Below, one piece after another: positions 24,931 to 38,292 of a stretch of 64,000 bases of DNA; position 1 is the first letter of the stretch, and each line of letters opens with the position of its first letter. Source of the stretch: Eledone cirrhosa (taxonomy: Eukaryota). Location of the stretch: the NCBI GenBank assembly GCA_964016885.1, contig OZ024743.1, forward strand, positions 16,058,001 to 16,122,000, written 5' to 3'. A program made the position numbers and the translations under genes. Under the pieces are notes generated by a model that was not told where the DNA came from, ran no database searches, and worked only from the letters and a program-made list of their open reading frames with translations.

Positions 24931-25021
24931 TTCTAGAGGACTAGAAATGTTTCATTCGAAGGAAATCATTAGGAAATCCCTGATGATTTCCTTTGAATGA
25001 AACAGTTTTAGTCCTGTAGAA
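24931..25021. ncRNA. Fold-back (~43-bp arms) carrying back-to-back HHR motifs
   Basis: Right arm: CTGATGA-t-ttc cttt gaa-t-GAAA-cag ttttagtc ctg-TA-gaa. Left arm reverse complement: tttc-CTAATGA...GAAA...TA-gaaa. Confidence 0.65.
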
Positions 25022-25369
25022 CCCAGATCTGTATTAGATATATATATATATATACATTTACACACACACACACATATATATATAAAGATGTATATATATA
25101 AAGATGTATATATATATATATGAAAGTGATGAATTTGTTTTGCAAGGTTTTTTATATGAAATCGTGTGCCGAAACAAATAGTGTTATACTTGGGGATGGT
25201 CATACTGTTGTAATCATATTGCCAGAAATAATAACAGAACACACTCACTGTTTGGTTGGTTTTCGCTTCTGCATCTTTTATATCTCCATAGTTAATTTAT
25301 TTAGCAGTCAATGTTTATCATTGACTGACCAACGGTTAAAAATACAGATATAAATATATATATATAGTC

Positions 25370-25413
25370 TAACAAAGTTCTTTCGGTGCACATGTGCAAC
25401 ATCATCAGTGGTA
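25370..25413 (-). ncRNA. Minimal HHR (PLE family 2)
   Basis: tacca-CTGATGA-t-gttgcac at gtgcacc-GAAA-gaac-TT-tgtta. Confidence 0.7.
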
Positions 25414-26285
25414 ATATTATCATGTTTCCTCCTATTGTGTTGTATTGTAATGTTCATGCCATTTTAATTTTATTTATTTCATCATCATCATCTTCATTTA
25501 ACGTCCATTTTCCATGCTATTTATTTTCGTCTCAGTCTCTGCGCATGCCTTTGTGTGTGTGTATAATGTTTAGTGTGTGTGTGTTCGCGCTTGGGTGTAT
25601 GTGTTTTTGTTTTTGTATCCTATCTTTGTATACTAGTGTGTGTTTTTTTTTGTTATTGTACTTGTGTATATATATATAGTTATTTATTTATATTTCTCTT
25701 AAGTCAGTATTGTTTGCTTGGGTATGGTTGTTGTTGTTATTCCATTCATTTTTTCTGTTTAATTTTGGTTTTCTAAGCTCTATTTCTCTCGGTTCTCTGA
25801 TTTGCCTACTTGTTGCGGCATTTCTATGTTTAGATATTATTTTAATTTCTATGTTGTTTATGTTACCGTCATATTTTTGTCTGGCGTGTTCGTATAGTAC
25901 TGAACCATTTTTTGTCCTTTTAATTCCCGCCAGTGTTGGTCTAATCATTCTCCTATGCTACGAGCTGTCTCACCTATGTATGTCATTGTCATGTTTCTGC
26001 AAGTAACCTCTGTACATCTTATGCTATAGACTACATTTCTAGTTTTACAGTTTATCTGGGGGTTCACTTTATATATAACACATTTCTTATTAGCACAGTG
26101 GGTTTTCTTAAAGGGTTATGTTTTGATGGTCATGGATTTTATGGTAATTCCTGGCTTTTCTACCACTTTAATCTTTAAGTGGGTCTTTCTTACCCACAGA
26201 GATGGAGACAAAATAAATAAATAAATAAAATAAAAATGGCGTCAACATTACAATACAACTCAATAGAGAGGAAACATGATAATAG

Positions 26286-26330
26286 TACTGCTGATGATAT
26301 TGCAGATGTGCAATGAAAGAAATTTGTTTG
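26286..26330 (+). ncRNA. Minimal HHR (PLE family 2), degenerate stems I and III
   Basis: CTGATGA-t-attgca gatg tgcaat-GAAA-gaaa-TT-tgtt. Confidence 0.6.
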
Positions 26331-26604
26331 TCTATAAATATATATTTATATATGTATTGTATAAAGATTGATTACCAAATAAATTAACTATGGAGATATA
26401 AAAGATGCAGAAGCGAAAACCAACCAAAGAGGGAGTGTCTTCAGTTATTATTTCTGGCAATATTATTACAACAATATGACCCCCCCCCCCCCAAGTATAA
26501 CAGTATCTGTTTCGACACACGATTTCATATCAAAAAGCTCACAAAACAAATATATTTATATATGTATATATATATGTATATATATATATGTATATATATA
26601 TATG

Positions 26605-26699
<95 letters not shown>

Positions 26700-26929
26700 A
26701 AATGTGTGAGATCCTTGGTACAGTTAGGTATATTTGAAAAAAAAAGGAAAAGAATGACTTCATCTACAGTGCCAAACAATTTCTTTGTTCTGACTCCACA
26801 ATATTATAATATTATGAGTTGGTAGATCTTTTTTACAACCACTTTCTTAAACACCCTTATCTTGATGTCAACCATAACCATTTTTTCTGTGTGTATATAT
26901 ATATGTATGTTTGTGTGTGTGTGCGTGTG

Positions 26930-28884
26930 TAGACCCTATAGAGGGGCCAGCAGTACAAGTTAGCAGCAGTGTAGTAAGTAAGGCAATCAAAGATATGAAG
27001 ATGGGGAAGGCAACCAGTCCATCGGGTAAAGCTACCGAGATGCTAAAGGCATCTGGGCTGGTAGGTCACACCATAACCACACGTATTGTTAACCAGGTAA
27101 TACTAGAGGGTGTCATACCAAAGGATTGGTGCAGCAGCATCATTGTCAACTGCTACAAGGGTAAAGGTGATGCACTAGATAGAGGAAACTATAGAGGTAT
27201 ATAGCTGATGGACCAGGTCATGAAAGTAACAAAAGAGTTATAGCACATGTGATTAGGTACCGGGTAAAACTAAATGAGATGCAATTTGGATTTGTGTCAG
27301 GAAAAGGCACCACTGATGCTCTCTTCCTTGTGAGGCAGTTACAGGAAAAGTACCTAGCTAAAAGTAAGCCGCTCTACCTGGTATTCGTCGATGTGGATAA
27401 AGCCTTTGTCATAGTGCCCCGTGCTATTATCTGGAAGTTTCTTAGAAAATTAGGAGGAGATGAATGGCTTGTGAAAGCTGTACAAGCCATGTATAGGAGA
27501 GCAGTCAACAAAGTCAGGATTAACAATGATTATAGCGAGGAATTTAGCATACAGGTCGGTGTACACCAGGGCTCTGTTCTTAGCCATCTCCTGTTCATCA
27601 TAGTTTTGCAGGCAATAACAGAAGAGTTTAAGACCGGATGCCCATGGAAACTCCTGTATGCAGATGACCTCACACTTATAGCTGAATCTATGGTAGAACT
27701 AAAGAACAAATTCCAAACATGGAAGCAGGGACTAGAAAGAAAGGGTCTGAAAGTCAACCTGACAAAGACTAAGGTCCTTGTAAGTAGACAAGAAAGCAGA
27801 ACCAAGATCCCCTCAGGGAAATGGCCTTTCTCAGTATGTAGGAAAGATGTAGGTAGGAATTCTATCCTCTGCCCCAAATGCAAACAATGGGTACACAAGA
27901 GATGTAGCGGGATCTCAGGAAGCTTAACTAAGAATGTAGGCTTCACATGTAGCAGCTGTGCTGGGACAGCAAGCAGCAAATGACCACAGGAAACAAGCAC
28001 CACCAAACTCTGGGCAGGCCCTATAGAAACAGTAGACAGCTTCTGCTACGTAGGTGACCGAATTAGCAGCGGAGGTGGGTGTTTTGAAAGTACAATAACT
28101 AGGGTAAGAATGGGATGGAAGAAGTTCAAGGAGCTACTTCCACTGCTAGCTGCAAAAAGCTTCTCCCTCAAAATGAAATACAGACTGTATGATGTGTGTA
28201 TACGAACAGCAATGTTACTTGGAAGTGACCTGGGCGCTGGCTGTAGAAGACTTGCCTGCATGCTCCGATGGATGTGTAACGCCAAAGCCTAAACGATTTG
28301 AACGAGATAGTGAGCATAAGAGGAATCAAATGCTGTGTGCAGGAGAGGAGGTTGCGTTGGTATGGACATATGATGTGTATGAAGGATGACAGCTGCATAA
28401 AAATGTGCAGAGCACTAGAAGTCGATGGAAGCCGTGGAGGGGGAGACCCAAGAAGACCTGGGATGAGGTGATAAAAGCCGACCTTACCCAGTTGCACCTG
28501 TCAAAGGCGATGACACACGACCATGACCTCTGGAATCACACAGTAATACAGAAGACGCGACTTCCAACGGGTATAAGCCAAAGCTGAAGCATATAAACAA
28601 TATGCTTCCACCCACTCCCACTGCAAAGTGGTCGTAGAGGTGCCATGGCAAAAAAGCACCCAGCCCACACTGTAAAGTGGACATGTAGGTGCCACAGTAA
28701 AAAAGCACCCTGCACTCACTGTAAATGAGGTTGGCATTAAGATGGGCATCCAGCTGTAAAAATGAGGTCAGAATCAGTTCCCATATGAACAAGAGAAGGT
28801 CAGCCGACCGGACACTGCTCACAAACAGGACAACCCGTCTAGCGTGGAAGAACGGACGTAAAACGGTGATGACGATGATGATGG
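26930..28884 (+). mobile_element. RTE family A, 5'-truncated pseudogene
   Basis: DPIEGPAVQVSS..NYRGI, QFGF, LLYADD, plus the family A 3' UTR and (ATG)n tail. Confidence 0.95.
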
Positions 28885-29889
28885 ATATATATATACAGTA
28901 AAATATATATATACATACTCTTATACATATTATAATGACAAAGTGTGAGAAAGATAGAATAAAATGAATAATATAGACATACTTAAGTATAATATGCAAA
29001 TTTTGAACAGGTACTATACTCCTGAAATGGTGATTCTTGAATATTTGTCACACTGTAATTTTACAGAAAATCTTAGAATAAATAAGTTTCCAATAATCCA
29101 TATCCATCACATTATTTCTTATTCTTTACAAAATCTGCTTCACGTCTCTAATGCCATCAACATTCTTAAGAGAATCATTTGTCTTTTGCATATTTCAAAT
29201 CTTCCTCTCTTTAAAATTGGCATTCTTATACCTAACAACACAAAGAATTTCAATTTTACAAGCCTTTGAGGAAATTTCTCTCTGTTTATATTACATGCTA
29301 GAAATAATAGCTACCATTCCCTTAAATTTCATATTCTACTCTCTTTTGTTACAGAGTATGACACATTGGAATAATTTTGTCAGAGAAACACCAAAATCTA
29401 AAATTAATGATGGAATGATCATTACTAGAATAATTTTGATAATAAGTCAGCTTGATGAATGCTGAACTGAGGCTAAAAAAGAACAGTAATTACAGAATGA
29501 AAGCACATTCAAAACTCGCACTACTTCCTATTTCATTCTCGATATAACAATATCTATCCCTAGCATATTCTAAAAGAAACAGCTATGAAAACATGTATGG
29601 ATATTCCAATTTTGAATATGGTATCACTCAAGGGCAGTTGAATGTTTGTGATTCCCTACACTTAGGTTACTGGAGTATACAGTTTACTGGCAGCTAGTTT
29701 TCTTTTACAGTGATAATGTTATTACTGTTCCAAAGAGCTATGTTTCTATGCAAGGGAAGAGTATCTGAAAACTAGAGATAAGCTTGAGAAATTCCAAATA
29801 CACACAGAATATGATTAGGTGAAGCCAACCAAAATAGATATGCAACCTCATTTTCATTCCTCATTGACAGTAAGTAGTTGGCTTTGTAT

Positions 29890-29919
29890 GTTATTATTTA
29901 TTTATTTATTTATTTATTA

Positions 29920-29983
<64 letters not shown>
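29890..29983. repeat. (TTTA)n/(TTA)n microsatellite
   Basis: Read directly from the sequence. Confidence 0.95.
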
Positions 29984-30477
29984 TCTATTGATTTTGTTTT
30001 AATATTTATTCTTCCATGCTAACATTGGTTGGTAATTTTGGTAAATTCAGAATGAATTGTTGCATTAGGTGTTTTTATAGTTAAAGGATTTTTTTCTTCT
30101 TTCCCCTATAGTTCGTCACTCATCCATAAAATGCTAATATTGATTCTTTACACAGGTCCAAGGTCTCAGATTTATAGGAAAGAGAAAATGAATTTGTCGG
30201 ATGTTCTGGTGATTCTGAACTGCATTAGTAATGCAATATAAAAAAGTAAAATATCTGCAGCCAGGAAATGAAAGTGTGCTATTGACTTAACTCAGGTAGG
30301 TTAACTAAAGCAAATAGAGTGCTATGTTTGAGATTACCAGCAGAACAATGATTATATAATGGCTTGATTGTATCATTTTTATTATTCATCAGGCTAATAT
30401 ATATTAAACTCAATACATTGCAATATTTAATTTCCCTTTTCTATGTTCAAAATAAAATAATATTACAAATGACATTC

Positions 30478-30787
30478 CATCAGTTACAACGATGAGTGTT
30501 CCAATTGATTTGATCAACAGAAGTGCCTGCTTGTGAAATTAACGTGCAAGTGGCTGAGCAATCCACAGACATGTGTACACTTAATGTTGGATTCAGGGAG
30601 ACTCCTGCATGACATGGAACGTGACAAGGCTGGCCCTTCAAATTACCGGTACAACTCGTTTTTTCCAGCTGAGTGGACTGGAGCAATGTGAAATAAATGT
30701 CTTGCTGAAAGACACAACGTGCCATCAGGAATCAAACTCATGACTTTATGACTTAGAACCAAATACCTTAACCACAAAGCCATGCAG
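30478..30787 (-). mobile_element. CORE-type SINE with a different tail
   Basis: tRNA-like head gcatggctttgtggttaagg..gagtttgattcc, CORE-like segment, and tail caattggaacactcatcgttgtaactgatgg. Confidence 0.8.
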
Positions 30788-31574
30788 TATAAAATACTAT
30801 ATATTGCTGCCAATGCCTCTGCTCCTATTCCATTAAATCTATATCCTTTGTCTCCATAAACTCGCCTGGGTCATACTTCAGTATGGTCTTGGAGATTCCT
30901 TAGGTCATTAAAATTTGCAAGTCCATTTGACAGACCATATAACCCACACTGCAATGAAAAAGTGACAAAAAGCAAAGTGTTAACATCACTGCCAGTGCTC
31001 TTGACATTCACCCTTGTATTTCTCTTCTCCTAATTTGGAATAGAAAAGTATTGATATAAGTGTGCTTCACTACTTCAGCATGTTTAGGTGCTGAGATCTT
31101 GGTGCTTAAGACACAGCAGAAACTTTTGTGGTTCTTAATATATTCAGTCAAGAAATGTCCTGTCCATATGCTACGTAAATCTTATTCCAGTTATTGATTT
31201 GAAAGCTACTGGTGGTTGTGGTGGTGGTAATGATGATGATAATAGTAATACATTAATACATAATGAAATAGTTTGGATTTTAGTTGGTATTGCAGCATAG
31301 TATTTTGAAATTTCATATATTTAAATTATTAATAAGTAGGAAGAAACTTAAAATCAGAACATCCATTGAAACAAGTAAATTTCTACAACTATTTGAAAGA
31401 TGTTTTATACTGGTATCATCATCAAATAAATCATATACTGGATTACACCATACCATCTTTTGTATAATTAATCCAAATATTTTAAAGCAAGCTTCCTTAA
31501 GCATGAGCACAGTCTATTATCAGAAGATATTTATTTGTTCTTGCAGAATCTCATTATCCTCTCAGCTATTCTAT

Positions 31575-31843
31575 ATCATCATCATCATCCTCATCATCAT
31601 CGTTTAACGTCTGCTTTTCCCTGCTTGCAAGGGTGGGACGGGAACTGATTCTGGCTTGAATTCTACAGCTGGATGCCCTTCCTAACACCGACCTCATTTA
31701 CAGTGAGAGCTGGGTGCTTTTTTGCCGTGGCACCTATACGACCACTTTGCAGTGGATGATAGGCACCCAGTCCCTATCATCTCATTTCTACAGCTGAGTA
31801 AACTGGAGCAATGTGAAATAAAGTGTTTTGCTCAAGGAAACAA
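31575..31843 (-). mobile_element. 5'-truncated SINE-A
   Basis: Matches 20364-20625. Confidence 0.88.
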
Positions 31844-32583
31844 TAGTTATATAGTATCAAATCAAACTCTATAAATGACTTTTGGAAAAAAATAGATGAT
31901 TTATATTTTTTAAGACTAAAGTATATTTGTTTCAAAGAATCAGTAACATCTTACTTGTATGTCAAATAGCTCTGCAACTATTTCGACTTGCTTAAAAGAA
32001 CAGCATCAAATGTTTTAGGAAAATAGCTTCTTTGTCAACACTATTAACATTATGGAACAGAATTGTCCTTTAATAGAAATTGTTAGAGTATTCATGTGTA
32101 ATATTCTGACTATGATTAAATTTTAAATGATTGGTCGGGATGAACATTCCTGCCTAATGTTAATAAAATGTAAGCTATTGATTTGATGACATCACCTGCT
32201 AACAGTTAAGGCAGGTGAAGTGTTAAGCACAATTTAATTGGGAGGAAATGCTTTAGTTAGTTTTCTTGATATTACTTTCTATATGCAATTAGAGATTTAT
32301 GTTCTGCATTATAAGATAGAGTTAGTTAAAGAGAGTGAGTATTCTCCTATTATCAACACCAGTAAGCTGAGGTGAACTGAACTCAATGTGGTGCCAGGTT
32401 GTGGCTAGCTGAGGGTTATATGGGCTGCCAAGAGGTGATGAAATGGACTTGCAAGTTTTAATGACCTACGAAACCTCCAAGACCCCACAGGAGAAATACC
32501 CAGGCGAGTTTATGGAGACAAAGGACATAGATTTAATGGAGTAGGACCAGAGGTATTGGCAGCAGTATATAGTATTTTATACT

Positions 32584-32770
32584 GCATGGCTTTGTGGTTA
32601 AGGTATTTGGTTCTTAATTGGAAGGTCATGAGTTCAATTCCTGACAGCATGTTGTGTCCTTGAGCAAGACACTTTATTTCACATTGCTCCGGTCTGCTCA
32701 GCTGGCTAAAATGTGTTGTACTTGTAATTTGAAGAGCTAACCATGTCACATTCAGCCTCTTGATCTGTTG
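32584..32770 (+). mobile_element. CORE-type SINE, part of an inverted duplication with 30690-30930
   Basis: gcatggctttgtggttaagg..gagttcaattcc..gtgtccttgagcaagacactttatttcac. Confidence 0.8.
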
Positions 32771-33707
32771 AACTTTAACTGGCTGATTGTCTAACACAAT
32801 CTCATTTAGCAGGCCTATGATGAAAGCTATTTAGGTGTGATCAGCCTATATCTTTCCAGTATGAACACAGAATGGACAGTTGTTTAGAAAGCTTACATTG
32901 TAACCTTAAGCTTCATGTGTAAGTGTCACTCACCATAACCACTGATTTATCCAGCCTCGTGAGTGAAATTGGGCATACAGATACTGTGTAGAAGCCTGTC
33001 AGATTAATTGTATTTATATTTCAAATATGCCAGCCTTGTTAATCTTTATGTCACACTAAATCTCCCTAAGAATTAAGTTAAGTGTACCTGTGTCTGTGAA
33101 ATACTCAAACACTTAAGTTGGATTTAATGAATAGCCTATTCGGTGGATCAAACAACAAACAACACTAACTGCTGAAACCGATGGAGGTCCATTTGCAATT
33201 TTGGTCTATATTATCTTATGTATTTATGTACCTATTTCACTTTAGATGACAGTATGTGATTTGAGTGAGATTTATATGCTTTATTCTAGTAGATTGAGAC
33301 TACCTACTTGAGTTGTAACGCATATTGGTAATAAATACAAAATAATCAAATTCTAGTTTGGGGAGATCAACTGTTTAATTGTTTAGTCTCAAGTCAGTCT
33401 TGATTGAGTGGAATTATGATCAAGTGCACTGTAACTCTGATAATCCTGTCTTTTTCCAGAAATTCTGTATCCCTGAATATATCATTTAATGAATAGCTTA
33501 AATGGGATCTGGCTGCTATTTATAACAGGAAGAGGTACCCTTCTTGGCTTGTAAATTCTTTCTTTGTTCTGTTTCTTATTAGTTCCATGTCAGCTCTGAT
33601 TGAAAAGATTCCAACCATGATTAACCTGTCATTTATTTATATATATATCTTTATCCTGTTAGATACATAATATATACATACATACATACATACATACATA
33701 TACATAC

Positions 33708-33769
<62 letters not shown>

Positions 33770-33771
<2 letters not shown>

Positions 33772-34310
33772 AGCTGTCCTTTGGGAGGCTCCTATACAGC
33801 TCTGAGTTTTTCATCCTCAGTGTATACTGATTAATGTTCAGTGTCTTCCTCAGCATTCTTGTGTAGCACCCATCCACCATATGAGTGAATTTCTTTGTCA
33901 GTGTCCAAGTCTCAGACCCGTACAGCAGCACATACTCCACTACATCAACGAAGATGCGGATCTTCAGGTCTTTACGAAGGTCTGACTTCCACACCGATCT
34001 TAAGCTGTAGCACTCCGCTCAGGCTATGCTCTTCCTCTCGACCACATCATCTTCCGAATTCCCAATCTGAGGTTAGCTGGACATGTTCACCAACATCCAG
34101 AGTTGACACTGCACTCAGTGCTCCTGTAGGAGGCTTTGCATGGACACACTGGAAGAGGAAGAGGAAGACCAAGGTTAACGTATGTTGATGCCCTAAGGAC
34201 AGACACTGGTCTATTGGAGATGCAGGACATGGCAGCGATAATGAGAGACAGAGAGCGCTGGAGAGAACTCGTCCATGGATCTTGGGAATTTTACCCGCCT
34301 TAGATAGATA
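33770..34310. mobile_element. RTE-like LINE 3' fragment with a 5' inversion (33770-34063 minus, 34064-34310 plus)
   Basis: Minus strand: RKSIA*..WKSDL..LLYGSETWTLTK..DGCYTRMLR..LPKDSS. Plus strand: LRLAGHV..GRPRLTYVD..DRERWRELV, with a tagataga tail. Confidence 0.85.
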
Positions 34311-34344
34311 TATATATGATGTATCTAAAAGGATAAAGATCCAC

Positions 34345-34662
34345 ATTGGTCTTGAATGACCATGGGATTTGCATCTGCAGAACTCCCTCAAATGTAAACC
34401 TGAGCAAGGTGTTACTGTGAAAGACCAACAGCCACCCATGCATACAGGTTTCCTCTCTGTATGCCATAGATGTCATTCAAGCAGAAGGCATAGGCTGATA
34501 CAGCTTGGCATCATATCACAACTCATTTTTCCAGCTGAGTGGAGTGGAGCAACATAAAATAAAGTGTCTTCCTCAAGAATACAACCCAATGCCCAAACCG
34601 GGATTCAAACTCACTACCTCATGATTGTAAGCCCAGTGTTCTAACCACTATGTAACATGCCT
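34345..34662 (-). mobile_element. CORE-type SINE (tail like 1870-2172)
   Basis: B box gagtttgaatcc and the segment cttgaggaagacactttattttatgttgctcc. Confidence 0.75.
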
Positions 34663-35378
34663 TTATGCAATATATCTAAAGCTACATTATACAATGTTTC
34701 CTTTGCTTTTACGGCAGTATGGTATGATCGTTTGATGAAGATTTAGTTGCTATTACTGGCAGGTTAAAAGACATCTTTAAGGATTCTTCATTGGTTTGTA
34801 ATATCTGAACTCCACTAAGTATTAAGTGAGTGTAAATTGATCTATAATTTGTAGTTTAATCTATCATTATACAGAAGTTGTTGAATATTCTTGGTATAAT
34901 TTTATAGTCAAAAGTTTGGAGATTTGTTAATACAGCTACTTTGGAAATGAAGAATATTTGTATAGCAGCAGTCAAAGTTCAGTGTTCATTCCATTATGCA
35001 GTGGATGAAACAAGGATATTTATCCCCTAACTACCTGATTAGTGTCTTGAACATGTCTGATAAGCTGAATGATAATTCTATTATTTCACTAGCTAGCAAG
35101 ATAATTGCTTCATTGATGATCTTGCTACCTGCCTAACTGTCTACTAAACTCATTTTCATAGTTGCTTGTTACATGCATTTATAAGTACATTTAGAGTAAA
35201 TACACTTACAAGACACAAAACTTTGCTTGTATCACAAAATGTTTGTTATATATGCAAAGGTGTATCATCATAACCTGTAAATCAATTTCTTTTAATAGTT
35301 ACAATTGTGTGACTTTTGTTAAGAAAGCTTTTGCATTTTATATTGCATTTATAATTCCCAGATCAAAACTACTACTAC

Positions 35379-35471
<93 letters not shown>

Positions 35472-35473
35472 CA

Positions 35474-35504
<31 letters not shown>
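35379..35504. repeat. (TAG)n followed by (CAG)n microsatellite
   Basis: Read directly from the sequence. Confidence 0.95.
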
Positions 35505-35505
<1 letters not shown>

Positions 35506-36981
35506 TTATATTCCTTGCTATAAAGAATGTTGTAACATAAAGAAAACAGTCATTACATTCCATTCTAGCTAAAGGTAAACTAAATAGACTATAAAGCTAT
35601 TGAGTATCTGAGGAAATTGGTGATCTACTTTAGTAAAATAACAATTAGTAAAACGTATAAATTAATATAACTTTCTGTTTATTTTATGGCAACATTTTTC
35701 AAAGGTAGTGAAATGACAAAAACATTAGAACATTGAAGAAAATCATTTGTGGCATTTGTTCCAGCTTTTACATTCTGATATCAACTTCTCTTATGGCCAG
35801 TTTTGTCTTTAAACATCCTACATGTCAAGCTGCAAAAAATAATGCCTCTCTACAAGAGAGGAATTTAGAACATTGACAAAATGCATAGCAGTATTTGTCG
35901 CAACACAATTCATTCTGAATGCCAAAGGAGTTGTGACAAACTTGTCTATATCTAGCTGCAAAGAGAGTGTTTTAAGGCAACAGGGAAATTATTTTGCATT
36001 CACTTGTAAAAATTCCATAAGTGCACAATAGCTTTTGAAGAAGGCACCAAGGATCAGTCATCACTCTAATGACACTAAAAAGAACAAAGTTTATTAAATA
36101 TATAAATTGTTAAGAAACAAAATATTAGCTATTTGATTGCTAGTACTTAAAAAAAAAAAAAATTTTGCACATTATAATTTTACCCTACAGTATTCACCAT
36201 TGAAAATAAAGATTGACGAAAGAAATAAAAAAATAAAAAAATAACAAAAATGAAATTGTAAATTAAAAAATAATATTCACAATGGCACTCTATTATGTCT
36301 TCAAAGTGTTAAAAGCCATAAGATTCCTTAAGGTTTGTAGTAGATATGACAAAGTATTAAGAGGATCAAGAGAAGCCTGTTGTATAAATATGAGAAATAT
36401 GATGGTTAAAATATGTCAGTGTGGAGTGATTAAAAGCTGTAATAAAACAAAAATAGTTTAAGTGTGGCGCCTATATAAAAAGGTGGAAAATAAAAGACTA
36501 ATAGCACATAAAATCTTTAAGTATTTATAATAAATAATATTTTGAACATTTAGTACATCAAAATCAAATATCCAATGGTGCTGTTATTGTTTAGATACAT
36601 GTGTTCCCAGGCCATACAAATGTTTGATCACAATCACTGCAGACTAGACTAAACAATATTTTTAGATAGATTATCTCTGACTGTACTTCCCAGGATGCTG
36701 TATTTTTTCTAAAAAAAGGAAGTTTATTTTATTACACTAGCTTGTATAATTCTATTACACCCTAACATTATGCAAGCCTTATTCATCATTGAAAATACAA
36801 TGGAATGTGATTTTTGTTATCTGGCTACTATGTCCTTTCATTTTCTCAAGGTGATGAAATAAAAATGTACAATACATATGTAATATATCAGCATTGATTA
36901 AATTGAAAAGAATTATATATATTTGCTATTGTTTAGTATATTATATTTATTATATATATAATGATACTGGTACTATATTAC

Positions 36982-37088
<107 letters not shown>

Positions 37089-37097
37089 ATATATATA

Positions 37098-37742
37098 TTT
37101 CGTTTTCTGAATTTGTTTAGCAAGATTCTTTATCTGAAAACGTGTGTTAAAAGCAATATTGTTATACTTTGGGAGGGTCATGTTGCCAATAAGAAACACA
37201 CGCACCAGTTGCTTTCACTCCAATTTATTATAAATTAAATTTATAAATTTAAGAATTTACAAATTTCCAGTTGGTTGGTTCCATAACTGGACGGTTGTTC
37301 ATATACTGTCAAAGTTCTTTCGTCACACATTCTGTGATCTCTTCAGTGACTGGGGATTCTTTTCTTTGTTTTTGTGCCTCTTCTTTGTTCTGTCCTATGC
37401 CATCTTGTTTTTGTGTGTGTTGCGTGCTTAGTTTGTGCATGTGTTACAATCGGGTGTCTGTGTGTGTTTATATTTGTTTATTTATTTGTTTATTTACATG
37501 TTACTGGTTGGTTCTTTGTTCTATGTATGTGTGTGTTTTCATCTTGTCCTTAATTGTAAGTTGTGATGTTGCTATTCCATTCATGTTTTCTATTTAATTT
37601 TGGTTGGAGTTCATTTATGTTTATTGCCTCTATGATTTGTCTAAACATTGCATCTTTTTTGTGCGTAGATTGTATTTTTATTTCTATGTTCTCTAATTTG
37701 CCATCATGTTCTATTTTAGCATGTTGGTGGAGTATTGATGAT

Positions 37743-37748
<6 letters not shown>
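37098..37748 (-). mobile_element. PLE family 1 3' fragment (older, diverged copy)
   Basis: KESSILHQHAKIEH..RQIIEAINI..LNRKHEWN, with the family 1 terminal region and HHR. Confidence 0.9.
37307..37351 (-). ncRNA. Minimal HHR (PLE family 1 variant)
   Basis: agtca-CTGAAGA-gatcaca gaatg tgtgac-GAAA-gaac-TT-tgaca. Confidence 0.78.
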
Positions 37749-37812
<64 letters not shown>

Positions 37813-37817
<5 letters not shown>

Positions 37818-37927
37818 TACTTTGGGAGGGTCATGTTGCCAATAAGAAACACACGCACGGTTTCAACAATATCGGTTTCAACACACGTTTTCAGATAAAG
37901 AATCTTGCTAAACAAATTCAGAAACGA
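37813..37927. mobile_element. PLE family 1 terminus-only insertion with inversion
   Basis: A minus arm gttatactttggg...cacgca joined to a plus tail aacaatatcggtttc...gaaacg, with TA tracts on both sides. Confidence 0.85.
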
Positions 37928-38143
37928 TATATATATATATATATGTAGATAAATCTACCAAGAGTTTACGGTAGTGTCCAATCCGTATGAAGAACTCAAT
38001 GTATTCCGGATATCATGGAAAGAAGAGATGTAATGCAAAATCACTTTCGGTGAAAGATAAACGGTATACAGAGTCAAGATAAAATATTAAACAAATAATG
38101 AATAAACAATGAAACAGTTCCTTATATTAAACAAAAAAAGTTC

Positions 38144-38291
38144 ATTATTTAACGATCGTTTCTAGGATATATATGTGTTAGAATTGGCATGCATATTCAA
38201 CAGATCTATGTACAAAATTATACAAAATTATACAAACTATCAAGATTAAATATACATACCAACACATATATACGCCGTCTTCAGAAATAAT
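38144..38291 (-). ncRNA. Mirror copy of the extended-stem-II HHR
   Basis: Reverse complement of the right arm. Stem I is attattt/aaataat. Confidence 0.72.
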
Positions 38292-38292
38292 C

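Larger units (their letters stand above)
25128..26552. mobile_element. PLE family 2 (related to family 1): (-) GIY-YIG remnant and (+) terminal repeat
   Basis: 'SVLYEHARQKYDGNINNIEIKIISKH..A..RQI...LNRKNEWN'. Termini are similar to family 1, and there are HHRs on both arms. Confidence 0.85.

Noticed and set aside
31313-31510. 65-aa minus ORF as a host exon
   Set aside because: Weak acceptor, no clear donor and no recognisable motif.
35243-35572. Poly-V/poly-Q ORF
   Set aside because: A product of the (TAG)n(CAG)n microsatellite.
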